Assembly: GCA_002269645.1 (NCBI GenBank)
Contig: NIVC01000337.1
Coordinates: forward strand, 310,001-374,000
Origin: Macrostomum lignano
Lineage: Eukaryota
Direction of reading: 5' to 3'
DNA: 64,000 nucleotides
This document shows positions 1-13,707 of the stretch, piece after piece (the first letter of the stretch is position 1; every line of letters starts with the position of its first letter). A program made the position numbers and the translations under genes. A model generated the notes under the pieces. It worked only from the letters and a program-made list of their open reading frames with translations, searched no databases and was not told the DNA's origin.

Positions 1-1067
1 CAGACACATTGGGACAGACACATTGGGACAGACACATTGGGACAGACACATTGGGACAGACACATTGGGACAGACACATTGGGACAGACACATTGGGACA
101 GACACATTGGGACAGACACATTGGGACAGACACATTGGGACAGACACATTGGGACAGACGCATTGGGACAGACACATTGGGACAGACACATTGGGACAGA
201 CACATTGGGACAGACACATTGGGACAGACACATTGGGACAGACACATTGGGACAGACACATTGGGACAGACACATTGGGACAGACACATTGGGACAGACA
301 CATTGGGACAGACACATTGGGACAGACACATTGGGACAGACACATTGGGACAGACACATTGGGACAGACACATTGGGACAGACACATTGGGACAGACACA
401 TTGGGACAGACACATTGGGACAGACACATTGGGACAGACACATTGGGACAGACACATTGGGACAGACACATTGGGACAGACACATTGGGACAGACACATT
501 GGGACAGACACATTGGGACAGTCACATTGGGACAGTCACATTGGGACAGACACATTGGGACAGACACATTGGGACAGACACATTGGGACAGACACATTGG
601 GACAGACACATTGGGACAGACACATTGGGACAGACACATTGGGACAGACACATTGGGACAGACACATTGGGACAGACACATTGGGACAGACACATTGGGA
701 CAGACACATTGGGACAGACACATTGGGACAGACACATTGGGACAGTCACATTGGGACAGACACATTGGGACAGACACATTGGGACAGACACATTGGGACA
801 GACACATTGGGACAGACACATTGGGACAGACACATTGGGACAGACACATTGGGACAGACACATTGGGACAGACACATTGGGACAGACACATTGGGACAGA
901 CACATTGGGACAGACACATTGGGACAGTCACATTGGGACAGACACATTGGGACAGACACATTGGGACAGACACATTGGGACAGACACATTGGGACAGAGA
1001 CATTGGGACAGACACATTGGGATAGTCACATTGGGACAGACACATTGGGACAGACACATTGGGACAG
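1..1067. repeat. 14-bp minisatellite (CAGACACATTGGGA)n in intron 1 of the left VWA paralog
   Basis: Near-perfect 14-bp tandem units read directly. The array begins a few bases after the exon-1 donor at 1076 (minus strand) and explains the ORFs in all frames. Confidence 0.98.
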
Positions 1068-1076
1068 GCTTCTCAC

Positions 1077-1343
1077 CTTGACATTGGTGGAGAAGCTGAT
1101 GACGGCCGGCCTTGTTGCGGTCTCAGCAATCGGCAGGTGCTCGGCCATCGCCTGCAGGAATTTCTTCAAGTTGGCGAAGTCAGTCCGGGTCAGCGAGGAG
1201 GACACGTCGATGGCGAAGACGATCTCCAGCGGGCTGGGCTTGCAGGTCACGGAGCCGGCGGCCACCGGCTGCGGCGGGCAGACGGCGAGCAGGATGGCAA
1301 CAGCAGCCACCAGAGCGGCCAGGGCGTAACGACTTGTTGCCAT
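1077..1343 (-). CDS. Exon 1 of a secreted VWA-domain protein, paralog of the gene at 5210-10046; remaining exons lie left of the window
   Basis: ATG at 1343, hydrophobic signal peptide, VWA MIDAS motif DVSSS, donor CAAG|GTGAGA at 1077/1076. The mature part is essentially identical to 9792-10000. Confidence 0.88.
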
Positions 1344-1761
1344 GCTGTTGCTAGGCGGTAGCTTTGAGGGTAGGTTGATTTTTTAGGTGAGATTTCTTCA
1401 TACTCTTATAGAGAAATTTAGTTCTAATCTGAATCCAATACACCCACAGACTCGCTGTCAATGGCAACGATATCTGCATGCAGGTTTGACCCTGGGGGTC
1501 GCTGGCAGATATGGAGAATCAATGGGGGCCCGCTATCGAAAAATTTTTGGCTTTTTTTGGCTTCTGAAACGAATTAAAAAATCGTTATAGACAAATCTTT
1601 CAAAACAGTGCAGAAAAACTGAAATTTAATCTAAAACTTACTAACCCAGACAGGTTGACCTGTAGTTTGTACTTTCCGGGAGCATTTTGACTTTTAAATC
1701 CCAATATTAGTTTAACTGCGTGAATAATTTTTCAAATCAGTTTCATTTGTCTTTAGTATAT

Positions 1762-2741
1762 CAATTTGACTGTCACCAATTTGACTGTCACCAATTTGAC
1801 TGTCACCAATTTGACTGTCACCAATTTGACTGTCACCAATTTGATTGTCACCAATTTGACTGTCACCGATTTGACTGTCACCAATTTGACTGTCACCAAT
1901 TTGACTGTCCCCAATTTGATTGTCACCGATTTGACTGTCACCAATTTGACTGTCACCAATTTGAGTGTCACCAATTTGAGTGTCACCAATTTAACTGTCA
2001 CGAATTTGAGTGTCACCAATTTAACTGTCACCAATTTAACTGTCACCAATTTGAGTGTCACCAATTTGAGTGTCACCAATTTGAGTGTCACCAATTTGAC
2101 TGTCACCAATTTGACTGTCACCAATTTGATTGTCACCAATTTGACTGTCACCGATTTGACTGTCACCAATTTGACTGTCACCGATTTGACTGTCACCAAT
2201 TTGATTGTCACCAATTTGACTGTCACCGATTTGACTGTCACCAATTTGACTGTCACCAATTTGACTGTCACCAATTTGACTGTCACCAATTTGATTGTCA
2301 CCGATTTGACTGTCCCCAATTTGATTGTCACCAATTTGACTGTCACCGATTTGACTGTCACCAATTTGACTGTCACCAATTTGACTGTCACCAATTTGAC
2401 TGTCACCAATTTGATTGTCACCGATTTGACTGTCACCAATTTGACTGTCACCAATTTGACTGTCACCAATTTGAGTGTCACCAATTTGAGTGTCACCAAT
2501 TTAACTGTCACGAATTTGAGTGTCACCAATTTAACTGTCACCAATTTAACTGTCACCAATTTGACTGTCACCAATTCGAGTGTCACCAATTTGACAGTCA
2601 CCAATGAACTACAGTCACCAATGAATTACATTCACCAATGAACTACAGTCACCAATGAATTACATTCACCAATGAATTACAGTCACCAATGAATTACATT
2701 CACCAATGAATTACAGTCACCAATGAATTACAGTCACCAAT
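1762..2741. repeat. 15-bp minisatellite (TGTCACCAATTTGAC)n grading at ~2600 into a 17-bp unit (TCACCAATGAATTACAG)
   Basis: Units read directly; both share the TCACCAAT core. Confidence 0.97.
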
Positions 2742-2801
2742 GGCTCGGCATCAACACATCCAGCCTCTTATAAATATTATTGCTGCTTCGACTGCTTTCA
2801 G

Positions 2802-4421
2802 AACCCTGCTTCTCAGGAGGTGAAGCTGCAGTTTTTGTTTCGAAAGGTACTTGAAAGTGCCACAGTACGCTCGTGTGATGATGGGGTTTAGGCTGTGACA
2901 GAGTCTCTCACCAAACCGCCGCTTCTCCATACAGCAATGGTTCGATTCGCGGTTGCCGTGGCATGGCAAGTTCAACTCGACTTTTGACGATATTGAGGTC
3001 ATCCATGTGGCACCCGGTAAACTTTGGCAACCCGAAGCGACAACAAACTCTGAGTGAGTTGCGAGGAACACTGAGCCAATCGTGCCCACAGATACTAAAA
3101 TATCGAGATGAGCCACTCAGGCATACATCTTAGTAAAACAGCTTTCTACTTTCAGTTCAGTAGCAAAGAAGAATACATAAGCTATTTTAAAGGCAGCTGA
3201 AATGATTTGATAGGTTTAGAAGCCAGCGTAATCCAGGCGTGCACAGACGTGCATAGATGCAGGCGTAAACAACTTGCTAATTGGTTCAGCAATAATGTAC
3301 ATTAGCCAGTCATCTGAAATGTACATGGCAACTTTAGGCTGGAATTCCGAGAAAGGCAATAAAAATTGGGGAGGGGCGGGTCGGGGGTAGTGTGGATAGG
3401 CGCGGTGGGGGTTTAGGCTTGGGGTAAGAGTCAATAAATGAGCCCTGGCTTTAAAAATTCATTAAAATGCTTCAATTTAACTCACTACTGAACTGAAAGT
3501 AGTTAACACGCAAAAATGTGCTGATGGGCCCATCCAGTTATTCTAGTATCTGTGCTCGTGCCAGGAAAACCTTGAAAATAATTTCGATGCCATAATTGTT
3601 TCACTACGCAGGATGGAGCGGAAGGAGGTGGCGCCGAACCAGACGCCAGCTCGAATCGTGAGCGATGGGGCGGTCTATCACAGCAAGATGCTGCACGCCA
3701 CTTTCAAGTGTCAGATGGAAATGCTTTTCTTCCCGTTCGACAGTCAGAAATGCGGCCTAATCTTCAGCCCCCAGATGCAGAGCAGGTATGAAACATCGCT
3801 CGAGGTGGCTTCATTCCCAGATAACGGACCTGGAACCTACCTGACCAAGAGCAGCGAGTTTTGCGTACAGAAAATAATTATAGAAGAGCGTGTCATTGGT
3901 GACGGTTTCGATGCGGTTGACACGATCATCCTTGCGCTCGAATTTCAAGTAAGTCGGTATTGAAACAACCTTTTCCGTCTTGAACACGATCAAGAAGTCA
4001 AGAGGGCAAGAGGTTAGGAGGGCAAGAGGTAAAGAGGTCAAGAGGTCAGTAAGTCAAAAAATGTCGAATCGGGTATTCCCGACATCTGGCTGCCAAAAAC
4101 TTAGGTAATAGGTTTTGATTAGGGTCGGTGGTTCGATAGTTGGCAGTCAAACTGGGACAGTCAGATGTCGCTGGGAAGAAGAGATTGCAGCAGGTGGCTG
4201 CAAGCGCTGCTGATCAGCTAACTGACGTTTCCGACAACCCAGCGAGTCCATCTGGCAACGAGTGGGCCGCAGTAGTGGAATCGGCCGATAAAGTCTTCTA
4301 CTATGCTTATGCAGTTGCCACGGTGATTCCGGCTCTAGCAATCAACGCTCTTTATGCCACTACAAATGAGACTGAGTGTGTTCAAGGACTCTATGGCTCT
4401 TTGTTGGATGTGATCGACTGA
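2802..4421 (+). CDS. Cys-loop (pentameric ligand-gated ion channel, nAChR-like non-alpha) gene or pseudogene; partial, M1-M3 not found
   Basis: Exons 2802-2846, 2935-3053, 3612-3948 and 4140-4421 join in frame at canonical GT/AG. Motifs: QWFDSRLPW...IEVIHV...LWQPE, Cys-loop C-QMEMLFFPFDSQK-C (C-x13-C with FPFD), and pre-M4/M4 EWAAVVESADKVFYYAYAVATVIPALAI. No vicinal Cys in loop C. The 5' exon(s) were not identified. Confidence 0.8.
3087..3554. mobile_element. 468-bp MITE (8-bp TSD class, P or hAT superfamily) in a pLGIC intron
   Basis: Imperfect TIRs starting CACAGATACT at both ends; TSD ATCGTGCC/CTCGTGCC (7/8); reverse-complement homolog of 10788-11241. Confidence 0.88.
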
Positions 4422-5209
4422 CTGTGTAGCATCGCACCTTCAGGCTTATTGATTGACTAACGAGTAAATTGATACGGCACTGCAACACATCGAGACGAAA
4501 CCTGAGCAAACTATACGAATAATCTGGTTAAGGTGAAAACAATATCAACAGGATACTGGTAGCATCTCGAAACAATTCTCAAACTTTGCATGAAACGAGT
4601 AATAAGAATACTCAGCATAGCATCGCAGCTGTACATCCTGTGTGAGCGTGTGTATGATTGCGTGCCTGCGTACTGTATCTGTATGTGCTCAGCGGAATGG
4701 GTTGTGGGACCATATCGCACAAAACTTTGCCCCAAGACGCCGACAGCCTTCTGGCAATTGCAATTATCAATATTATTATTATTATAACCTCGTAAAAGCC
4801 AAAAAAACTTCAACAAGTATCAAATTCTCCTGTATTCATTAGACTGATTGATTGTGTAGTGACTGCTTGTTGCGTACACCTTTCTTGTTACGTCTATCGA
4901 TCTCTATTTTCTTTTGAACTGCCATCAGTTATCGACTTTATACCGAAACACTTATTTGCGTTCAATAAGGTTTCAAACCTACTTTCTAATTCTGCTTTCT
5001 AAATGAATAATTAATAATTTATTTAGCAAATAAAGTCTTCTGCTACTTTCATATCATTACCCCTCTAGCACAACAAGTGTACTGAGTAGTCTCTTTCATT
5101 AATATTTAACCTTGAAAGTTGTATAATAAGTAACTAAATTCATGATAAATTTTGTAAGGAAGTAGTCATATAGTAAGCATAACTATGCATATCCACGCGA
5201 GTGGCTGCT

Positions 5210-8200
5210 TCACGGCTTGGCGTTGGCGTCGGCGGTGATCACCCTCAGCAGCGGGCTGCCATTCTGCGCCTGGCAGCTGCAGTGGCCGAACAGGGCGCCA
5301 CGGTCGTCGTGGCACTTGAAGTTGGCGCTGCTGGAGGTGCCGTAGCACCGGTTCTCAGAGCCGGGGCACTCTGCAGAGAGATAGAGACTTGGTCACGCTC
5401 ATGCGCTTTTCAGCTACTGATAGAAAGTTTGAACAAGTAGTATCTTACCTTGAGCAGTGGGCTTGAACACTTCCGTCTGAGAGGTTGGCCGCTTGCAGAC
5501 GAAGGTGGCGCACTCGGACTTCCAGGTCTCACCCTCGTAGTACTGGTTGCCGTTGATGGGGTCGGTGCAGATCACCTCTGCGGGTCGGGATATAGCACGC
5601 ATGCGTGTATAATAAACAAGGAAAAAGATCACGGAAATCATGTACAGTAAGGACAGTGCAGCTCAATTTGAGCAATCTGTGTTTGATCGTTAATTTTTTC
5701 TTGCAAAATGCATTCTATCTACTTTCATTTAGGCCTATGAGTTCGTAGGGCTTTCTAGCTTTCGAAAAGGCACTTGGAGAGGCTCGATGGGACTGTCAAG
5801 TAAAACCTGCGATCTGTTAAACAGAATATTGCCAACGCCCTAGTTTCTAGCTATATTAGAGACGGCTACTATTTTCTCCAAAGAGGATGTTAGCCGTGCC
5901 ATCGCAAATCCCGTCCAACCGAAGCCATTGGCCCGGACGGCCTTCGCCCTTTGCTTCTCAAGCGCTTTGGACCCACCCAACAACATAACCGGATCTGCCC
6001 TGCAGCTAAAAGCCTAGAACGTTTACTGCTCCCAGGCTAGTAATTGTGAGGAGCTTCTGTCAGATGAAACCTCCGCAACGCACTGGGTTTACAGCAAGCA
6101 CTTGACACTGTCGACTACTGTGAGTTGCTACAAGGCCTGCAAAGTCCTACCACTCCAGCATGGCTCACTTAATGGGTGGTCAACTACATCTGCGGCCGTC
6201 AGGCACGGACTAACTTCAGGGCAGCGACATCTCGGCGCACTGTACATTTACACATGCATATATGGATGTCCCTCAGGGGCACCTCCATCAGCCCTTTGCT
6301 GTTTGCGCAGCTTTTGCGCAGGTCTAAATGCCAAAACTAAGTGAGCGAATTAGCCATGCACTGTTACAGCGGGAAAATGTCGGCGGGCAAAATTCCGACG
6401 GCCAAACAAATGCATCCCGAGGAAAAAGAGAGGAAAGCATATTACGAGCTACGAGTACAAAGCCTAGCCAAAGCTAAAGTACACACATTTTATCTAAGCC
6501 AAGCTACTAAACTTTCGCTAGCAAGCTGTTAAAAGTTTTGCCTGTCCGGTGAGGTTCTTGAGTCAATGGTTGGCCCTTTTTCCCCCCTATAAAGCCCCTT
6601 GTTTGTGTTCCACCCCAATTCAGTGCATGAGAGGCGAGAGCTCAAGTGCATGTGTGAAAACAACACATCGTCAACATGGAAACTCACTGCAAGGCGAGAT
6701 GGTTCGCGACACAATCTTCTTGTTGCAGCGGCCCTGAGCATCGAACTCGTACTTGATCTCGGTCACCTTCTGCAGGCTGTTGAAGCAAGTCGACACCACC
6801 CGCTTGGGCGGCAGGTCGCACAGGCTCGGATCTGGCGGTGTGATGCTCTCGCAGGTCTCCTCCGAGATCTTGGCAGCCCAGTCCATCAGCTTGTTGAAGT
6901 CCGTAGCGTAGAAGAGGTGGTCGGAGAGCGGCGGGGTCGCGATAGCCTGCAGCTCCTCTCTGGAGCGAAATGATTGATAAGTCGTGAGTCATATCTCAGG
7001 ACCATTCTATCCGGAAATCCAGATTAAAACTCTTATTCTGGGGTTACACTAAGAACTACTAGGGGTCCTTGGCACGCATTCAAGATTCCATTTCGTCTTC
7101 TGCTATATGTTAGCATGAAGCATGGCTAGTTATGGACGACGAGAAAATCGGCTTTGATATAGGGGCATAATGTGGGGGGCCGCAAGCAACCGCCAGCAAT
7201 TAGGCCATTGCGAGCCACTGAACCTGTGTGTCCGCGCGCGTGTGTATATGATAAACGTATGGATGAGCAATAAATTTACGAACATGGTGAGCATGTTTTT
7301 GGCTACTCACCACACGAAGAATCGGATACTGAAAGCAAGAATGCAACAAAAGACATTTTACGAGCCATACCGCACAAGTTCCCGATGGAACCTTTCTACA
7401 CCCAGAAGGTGGGATTGTATGCTCACCTCTTGAGGTCCTTGCCTACGCCAATCACAACGATGGTTGTGCCTTCGCTCTCCAGTTTGGCCGCCTCGCTGAT
7501 GGCATTGGCGCCGCGGTTGCTCTCGCCGTCGGTCATGAGGATGGCCATGCGGGACACGCCGGGACGGGAGAGCCGGCCGAGCTCTGTGCGAGCCTTGGCG
7601 ATGCCGTCGCCGGTGTTCGTCCACTGATTGACGCGCCTCTGCAGGGCCAGGATGCGCTGCAGCAGCTGCGGCTTGGAGCCGATGGAGCCCAGCGGGATGT
7701 CGTTCCACACGTTGGTGCCGAACACGATGACGCCGATGTGGATGGCGCCGGGACCGACCTTCATGTTGCTAACCATGCGGTGGACGAAGTTCACCTGCAG
7801 TCGCCAGTTCTGGTCATTGATGGAGCCGGAGCTGTCCAGGATGAACATGATCTCGGCCACTGGCTCCTTGCACTCTTCGATAGCATCTGCGGGCAAGTTG
7901 GAGCTAAGATTTTAGTGAGAGGTGTGGATGGCTGTACGTATATCACGGCAGATAGCAATTGATTGCGAATTTCGTCAGAGGAGCTCACCATCCAGCTATG
8001 GCTGGATGGTGGCGCAAAGGTTTCTATCCCTTCAGCAGGCACTCACTGCAGTCGGTCTCCTGCACGGATCGCCGGAGGACGCACTTCTGCTGCTTGACGT
8101 CATAGTCCTCCCAGGTGGTGACAATCTTGCGAACGCCGTTTACGCAGTCCTCAATTGTCACATCCACATCCTTGCAAAGGTGAGAGTTGCCTGTGGAGAG

Positions 8201-10046
8201 GGGCCGGGCATTTAAAATGGATAATACGAGAATAATGACCAAAAATACTGTTTGGTAGCTAATACGAAGTAATGATATATAATAATTGATTACACCTGCC
8301 CCAATGGGCAGATGTGCAACCGACAGCTCAGCCGCAGCTATTGCGCGGCGCATTTGAAGGCTGCGTACGGCTGTTCAGTCCAAGGACTGGGGGGTCACCA
8401 CCCAAAACCTCAATTATTTAGCTATCATTGCTGTTCACTCACCGCAGTACTTGTACTCGTAGGTGATGGCCTTCTCGCAGCGCTTCAGAGCTTTGTTGTG
8501 CGTCTTTTTGACGTTCACGATTCGCTGGGTGCCGCTGAAGCACTGGCCAGGGAAGCTCTCCTCGCCGAGGTCGTCGCAGCGCACGCTGCAGATGTCCTTC
8601 ACCATGTTGTCCACCAGAGCCTTCAGACCGTCGAAGTCGTGGATCATGGAGTAGTCATCTGAGCCGGCAATGGCCACCAGTTCGTCTCTTTGGGGTCGGG
8701 GAGGTGACGAGTTGAAGGGCTGGATTGGAACCCACCCAGTTTCACACCAGTCCCAATCCGTCCCAATCCTACAGTCCCACTTAAGTCCAATTCCCAGTGA
8801 TGCCAGCACTCACTTCAGCCAGATGTCGCCAATGCCGATGGCGTGAATGCGGACACCGGCGTTGCGCAGCTCCTCGGACTCGGAGCGCACCAGCGCGATG
8901 GCCTCGGCCCTGCTGCCCGGGTAGTTCGCCCGGCCGTCGGTGACCACCACGAGCAGCTTGGATGCTCCGGAACGGGACTTGGAGAAGACGGTGCGGCGCG
9001 CTGTCTGCATGGCGGAGCCAGTGGCGGTGAAGCCGCGATAGTACGGGATGGCCTCGATGCCGTTCTTGAAGCTCTGCAGATCGTTGGCATCGCCGAGGTC
9101 GACCTCCACCTGGTGCGGGGATTTGGATCAAATAAATCGACTTAAGGCGATTATTGATTAAGGACACAGACCCGAAAGTCAGTGCTGAAGAAGAAGCAAT
9201 GAATATTCTTTATGATCGATTCCAATCGGAATTATGAGTTTATGGATCGTCTGAATTACAGGCATGACCCTATGTTTAACATGTCCCTATGACCAATCCA
9301 CATGACCAGTCCCTATGACCAATCTCCATGACGTGGCCAGTATCTATGACCAATATCTTGACTAGTATCTATGATCAGTATCTCTGATCAATATCTATGG
9401 CCAGTATTATCTATGGTCATAGATACTGGCATTTATGACCATAGATACCAGTATTAACGATTAGTATCTATGACAAGAATCTATGACTATTATTTTGACC
9501 AGGTGCCACGACCAGTATCTATGACCAGTATTTATGACTCGTATTTATTTATCACCCGTATCTATGAACAGTGTTTATGATTAGTATTTATTTATAACCC
9601 GTATCTATGACCAGTATCTATGACCAGTCTCTCTGACCAGTCTCTCTGACCAGTATTTATGACTAGTATTTATGACCAATGCCCAGTACCAATGAGTATA
9701 AAACTCTGGCATGACCAGTGGCAGCAGCCAGTCTCAATGACAAGCAGCCCCTATGAAATCCCCCGCCTACAAGTTGAGCAGCTGGTCTCACCTTGACATT
9801 GGTGGAGAAGCTGATGACGGCCGGCCTTGTTGCGGTCTCAGCAATCGGCAGGTGCTCGGCCATCGCCTGCAGGAATTTCTTCAAGTTGGCGAAGTCAGTC
9901 CGGGTCAGCGAGGAGGACACGTCGATGGCGAAGACGATCTCCAGCGGGCTGGGCTTGCAGGTCACGGAGCCGGCGGCCACCGGCTGCGGCGGGCAGATGG
10001 CGAGCAGCGCGGCCAAGGCCGCCAGGAACGCCAGTCTGGTTGCCAT
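5210..10046 (-). CDS. Secreted 653-aa protein: signal peptide, VWA1, two 4-Cys modules, VWA2, third 4-Cys module, Cys-rich C-terminus
   Basis: Eight exons 10046-9792, 9109-8814, 8687-8443, 8190-8047, 7886-7427, 6959-6688, 5577-5449 and 5370-5210. All are GT/AG with matching phases and total 1962 nt, ending TGA. Both VWA domains have intact MIDAS (DVSSS/T/TDG and DSSGS/T/TDG). Confidence 0.92.
5870..6040 (+). mobile_element. Degenerate LINE reverse transcriptase fragment in VWA intron 6
   Basis: Frameshifted motifs EDVSRAI...AIGPDGLRPLLLK...AKSLERLLLPRL resemble the start of non-LTR RT. Confidence 0.5.
8281..8410 (-). mobile_element. 5'-truncated copy of the SINE at 51114-51410
   Basis: Shares TTACACCTGC...GGGCAGATGTGCAACCGACAGCTCAGCCGCAGC...GGCTGTTCAG with 51138-51210. 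Confidence 0.8.
9280..9720. repeat. Degenerate ~13-bp minisatellite (CCAGTATCTATGA) in VWA intron 1
   Basis: Recurring TATGACCAGTA units read directly. Confidence 0.85.
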
Positions 10047-10787
10047 GCTCAGTAGTTGCTAGGCAGAACAGAAGAAGACAAGGAGAAAGAAAAGGCTCTG
10101 GGAGACTCTCGGGTTTCGAACCGAATTGGAGTGCCCCGCATTTTAATGCCAGAATTTTGTGCGCGCTATCTGCTGCTCTGTCACCTGCCCGGGCCTTATC
10201 GGTAGTAGTGCTGTTGCCATAGCAACCAATTGGCCAAGCGACAGGTGCCATGGAGTCGGGCGGCAAGACGTCAACAAGCGGTGTTTCAGGTATTCATTAC
10301 TGCGAAAGATAAGCATTGACACACCTGCGATTATCTGTAGTCTTGAGACCCGCCCAGAGCCGAACTGTGCTGCTCAGTTGATTGAGAAAAAAAACATTTC
10401 TGAGCAATAAAATGCTAAACTGTCGCCTCGTAAATTCTCGGGGTTCATGACGGCAGGACTTGAGCCACTCAGCTGTGACAGCCCTATTCGCTGTTTCGCT
10501 AACCTTATCGGCAAATGTCTCAAGCACCCAAACGAGCATATCGAAAAGAGAGAGCTGAGAGTTATAAAAGTCTCGATTAAGCAGGGCAAATGATCTTAAA
10601 CTGAGACAGAAGGTTTGAAGTTTGTGGCGTACTGTCACTGTTTGGGCTTCATTCTGCTCGGCTTGTACTCGTACACATTTCTAACATTTAACATTAGAGC
10701 AACCTTACTATAACTCGGTGGGAACAACTTTGCGGGCAGAAATAGGAGTCGCCAAGAGCCCCTGAGTTTGGCACCCTTGCGTTAAAC

Positions 10788-11241
10788 CACAGATACTAGA
10801 ATAACTGGATGGGCCACTCAGCACATTTGCGTGTAAACTACTTTCAGTTCAGTAGTAAGTTAAACTGAAGCATTCTAATGTATTTTTAAAGTTTTAAAGC
10901 TAAGGCTCATTTATTGACTCTTACACCCCAAGCCTAAACCCTCCAAACCGCGCCTATCCACACTACCCCCAACCCGCCCCGCCCCAAATTTTATTGCCTT
11001 TCTCGGAATTCCAGCCTAAATCTGCCATGTACATTTCAGTGGACTGGCCAATGTACATTACTGCCGAACCAATTAGCAAGTTGTTTACGCCTACAAGCTT
11101 GGGCTTCTAAACTTATCAAATCATTTCAGCTGCCTTTAAAATAGCTTATGTAATTCTTCTTTGCTACTGAACTGAAAGTAGAAAGCTGTTTTACTAAGTA
11201 TGTATGGCTGAGTGGCCCATCTCGATATTTGAGAATCTGTG
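10788..11241. mobile_element. 454-bp MITE, same family as 3087-3554, opposite orientation
   Basis: Perfect 8-bp TSD CGTTAAAC (10780-10787 and 11242-11249); TIRs CACAGAT...GATGGGCCACTCAGC; internal inverted ACTTTCAGTTCAGTAG. Confidence 0.92.
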
Positions 11242-11541
11242 CGTTAAACCAATAAATTCCCTATTAATCATAATGCTTTAGTTTATTTCAGACTACTCAC
11301 ATTGCGACCTAAAGTTGCTTTTTGAAAGAACAAAAAGTTTAGCGCTCTTTTCTACTTCAACTGTAAGTAAATAAGTACTAGTAGAGTGTAGGTGACATAG
11401 CTCATATTTTATTTATGTAGAATAGAACACACAGCAGTGCTGACATTGAAAGCCGACAGGGAAAAGCTAAGAAAGTACGAGTAAAATCTAGTAGGGTGCC
11501 AGGTTCAGAGCGCGGCATCAGCTGACCAGCCCCAGCAGGGC

Positions 11542-13193
<1,652 letters not shown>

Positions 13194-13707
13194 GCCCGAG
13201 GACCCGATCTGGCAGTTGGCTGTCGAGAGGTCTCGGTCGGCTCTTTTCTCTCGCCTCGCTTTCTGAACGTCTTTTTTACTACCCATTCTCACCGGTTTGA
13301 AGCAAACCTTGCAGCAGCCAATGAGGACTCCAAGCAGTACTGGAGGACAATGAATGGCGTGGCCCAGTCTCTCTAGCTAGCTAGATGTACAGTGCAGCCC
13401 TCAGTCCAGTGTCTTTACTTAGCTCTTCATCAACTCACAGAAAAAGTCCACGCAATTATGACGCTAGCATTATTGGCATAACCATTACTGGATAGAAGAC
13501 TTTATAGCAGTCTCTCAGTCTGCTAGTGAGATAATTCTGCTGCATTAGTGGTGGCGCGCACTATTTTACCCAGTCTACCCAGAAATGAATTATTTATGAG
13601 TCCTTGACTGGAACAAAGATTTTGCCTGCAGTATTGAGTTCATTAGACACGACATTGCCCCTAGCCTAACACGGGAGCACTTCCCATGTAGACTAGAGGT
13701 ACACACG

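Noticed and set aside
1-2641. Long ORFs (e.g. [14 protein letters not shown] and CHQFD repeats)
   Set aside because: They are translations of minisatellites that lack stops in several frames and on both strands; one array lies inside an intron. The same applies to ORFs at 11568-12140, 13661-14917, 17861-18889 and 27724-28482.
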